A stretch of 63,143 bases of DNA, filler included, from Nemertoderma westbladi (taxonomy: Eukaryota; Animalia; Xenacoelomorpha): assembly GCA_032718475.1 (NCBI GenBank). It is 3 parts of 3 records of this genome, joined end to end, with 100 filler letters (N's around TTAATTAATTAA, not from the genome) between each part and the next. Parts side by side here need not be neighbours in the genome. Positions count along the whole stretch, not along the records: positions 50,520 to 63,143 come from JAUCBJ010003069.1; 2 more parts are not named here. One strand, written 5' to 3'. Made by a program: the position numbers and the translations under genes. Shown piece after piece: positions 63,038 to 63,143 of the stretch. The notes below the pieces were generated by a model, which saw nothing but the letters and a program-made list of their open reading frames with translations, was not told the DNA's origin and ran no database searches. Position 1 is the stretch's first letter. Each line of letters opens with the position of its first letter.

Positions 63038-63143
63038 GGTACAATTAATAACTGACAGTAAAATAACAGTACAAACAATATGATTAATGCAGTTAAATTA
63101 AGTAAGTATGTTAAGATGCGTTAAGATTCGTTAGTGAGTAGTT

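Overview
AT-rich, repeat-dense eukaryotic DNA, probably from an invertebrate animal, in three scaffold segments joined by 100-N gaps that carry a TTAATTAATTAA linker (24165-24264, 50420-50519). Host genes: (1) the first four coding exons of a + strand SLC6 Na+/Cl- transporter. (2) Inside its 15-kb third intron, on the opposite strand, a 7-exon secreted LDLa/C-type-lectin gene and an intronless SNAPC1. (3) Intronless cactin with an in-frame Gly-rich minisatellite. (4) Intronless vasa/DDX4 with 7 zinc knuckles. Mobile DNA: a BEL/Pao LTR retrotransposon with a ~3-kb leader, several CR1/L2-type and RTE LINEs, a Penelope fragment, hAT/Harbinger/foldback MITEs, a tRNA-derived SINE head and a Helentron/HINE-like family with unusual TGT...TGT ends. 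The strongest unexplained signal is a ~650-nt non-coding region in the Pao leader that recurs, diverged, at the window end. The two copies show several compensatory base-pair changes and a 3' pseudoknot, which points to a large conserved structured RNA. A second, tandemly duplicated structured module lies next to it. All calls were made by eye, without database searches.
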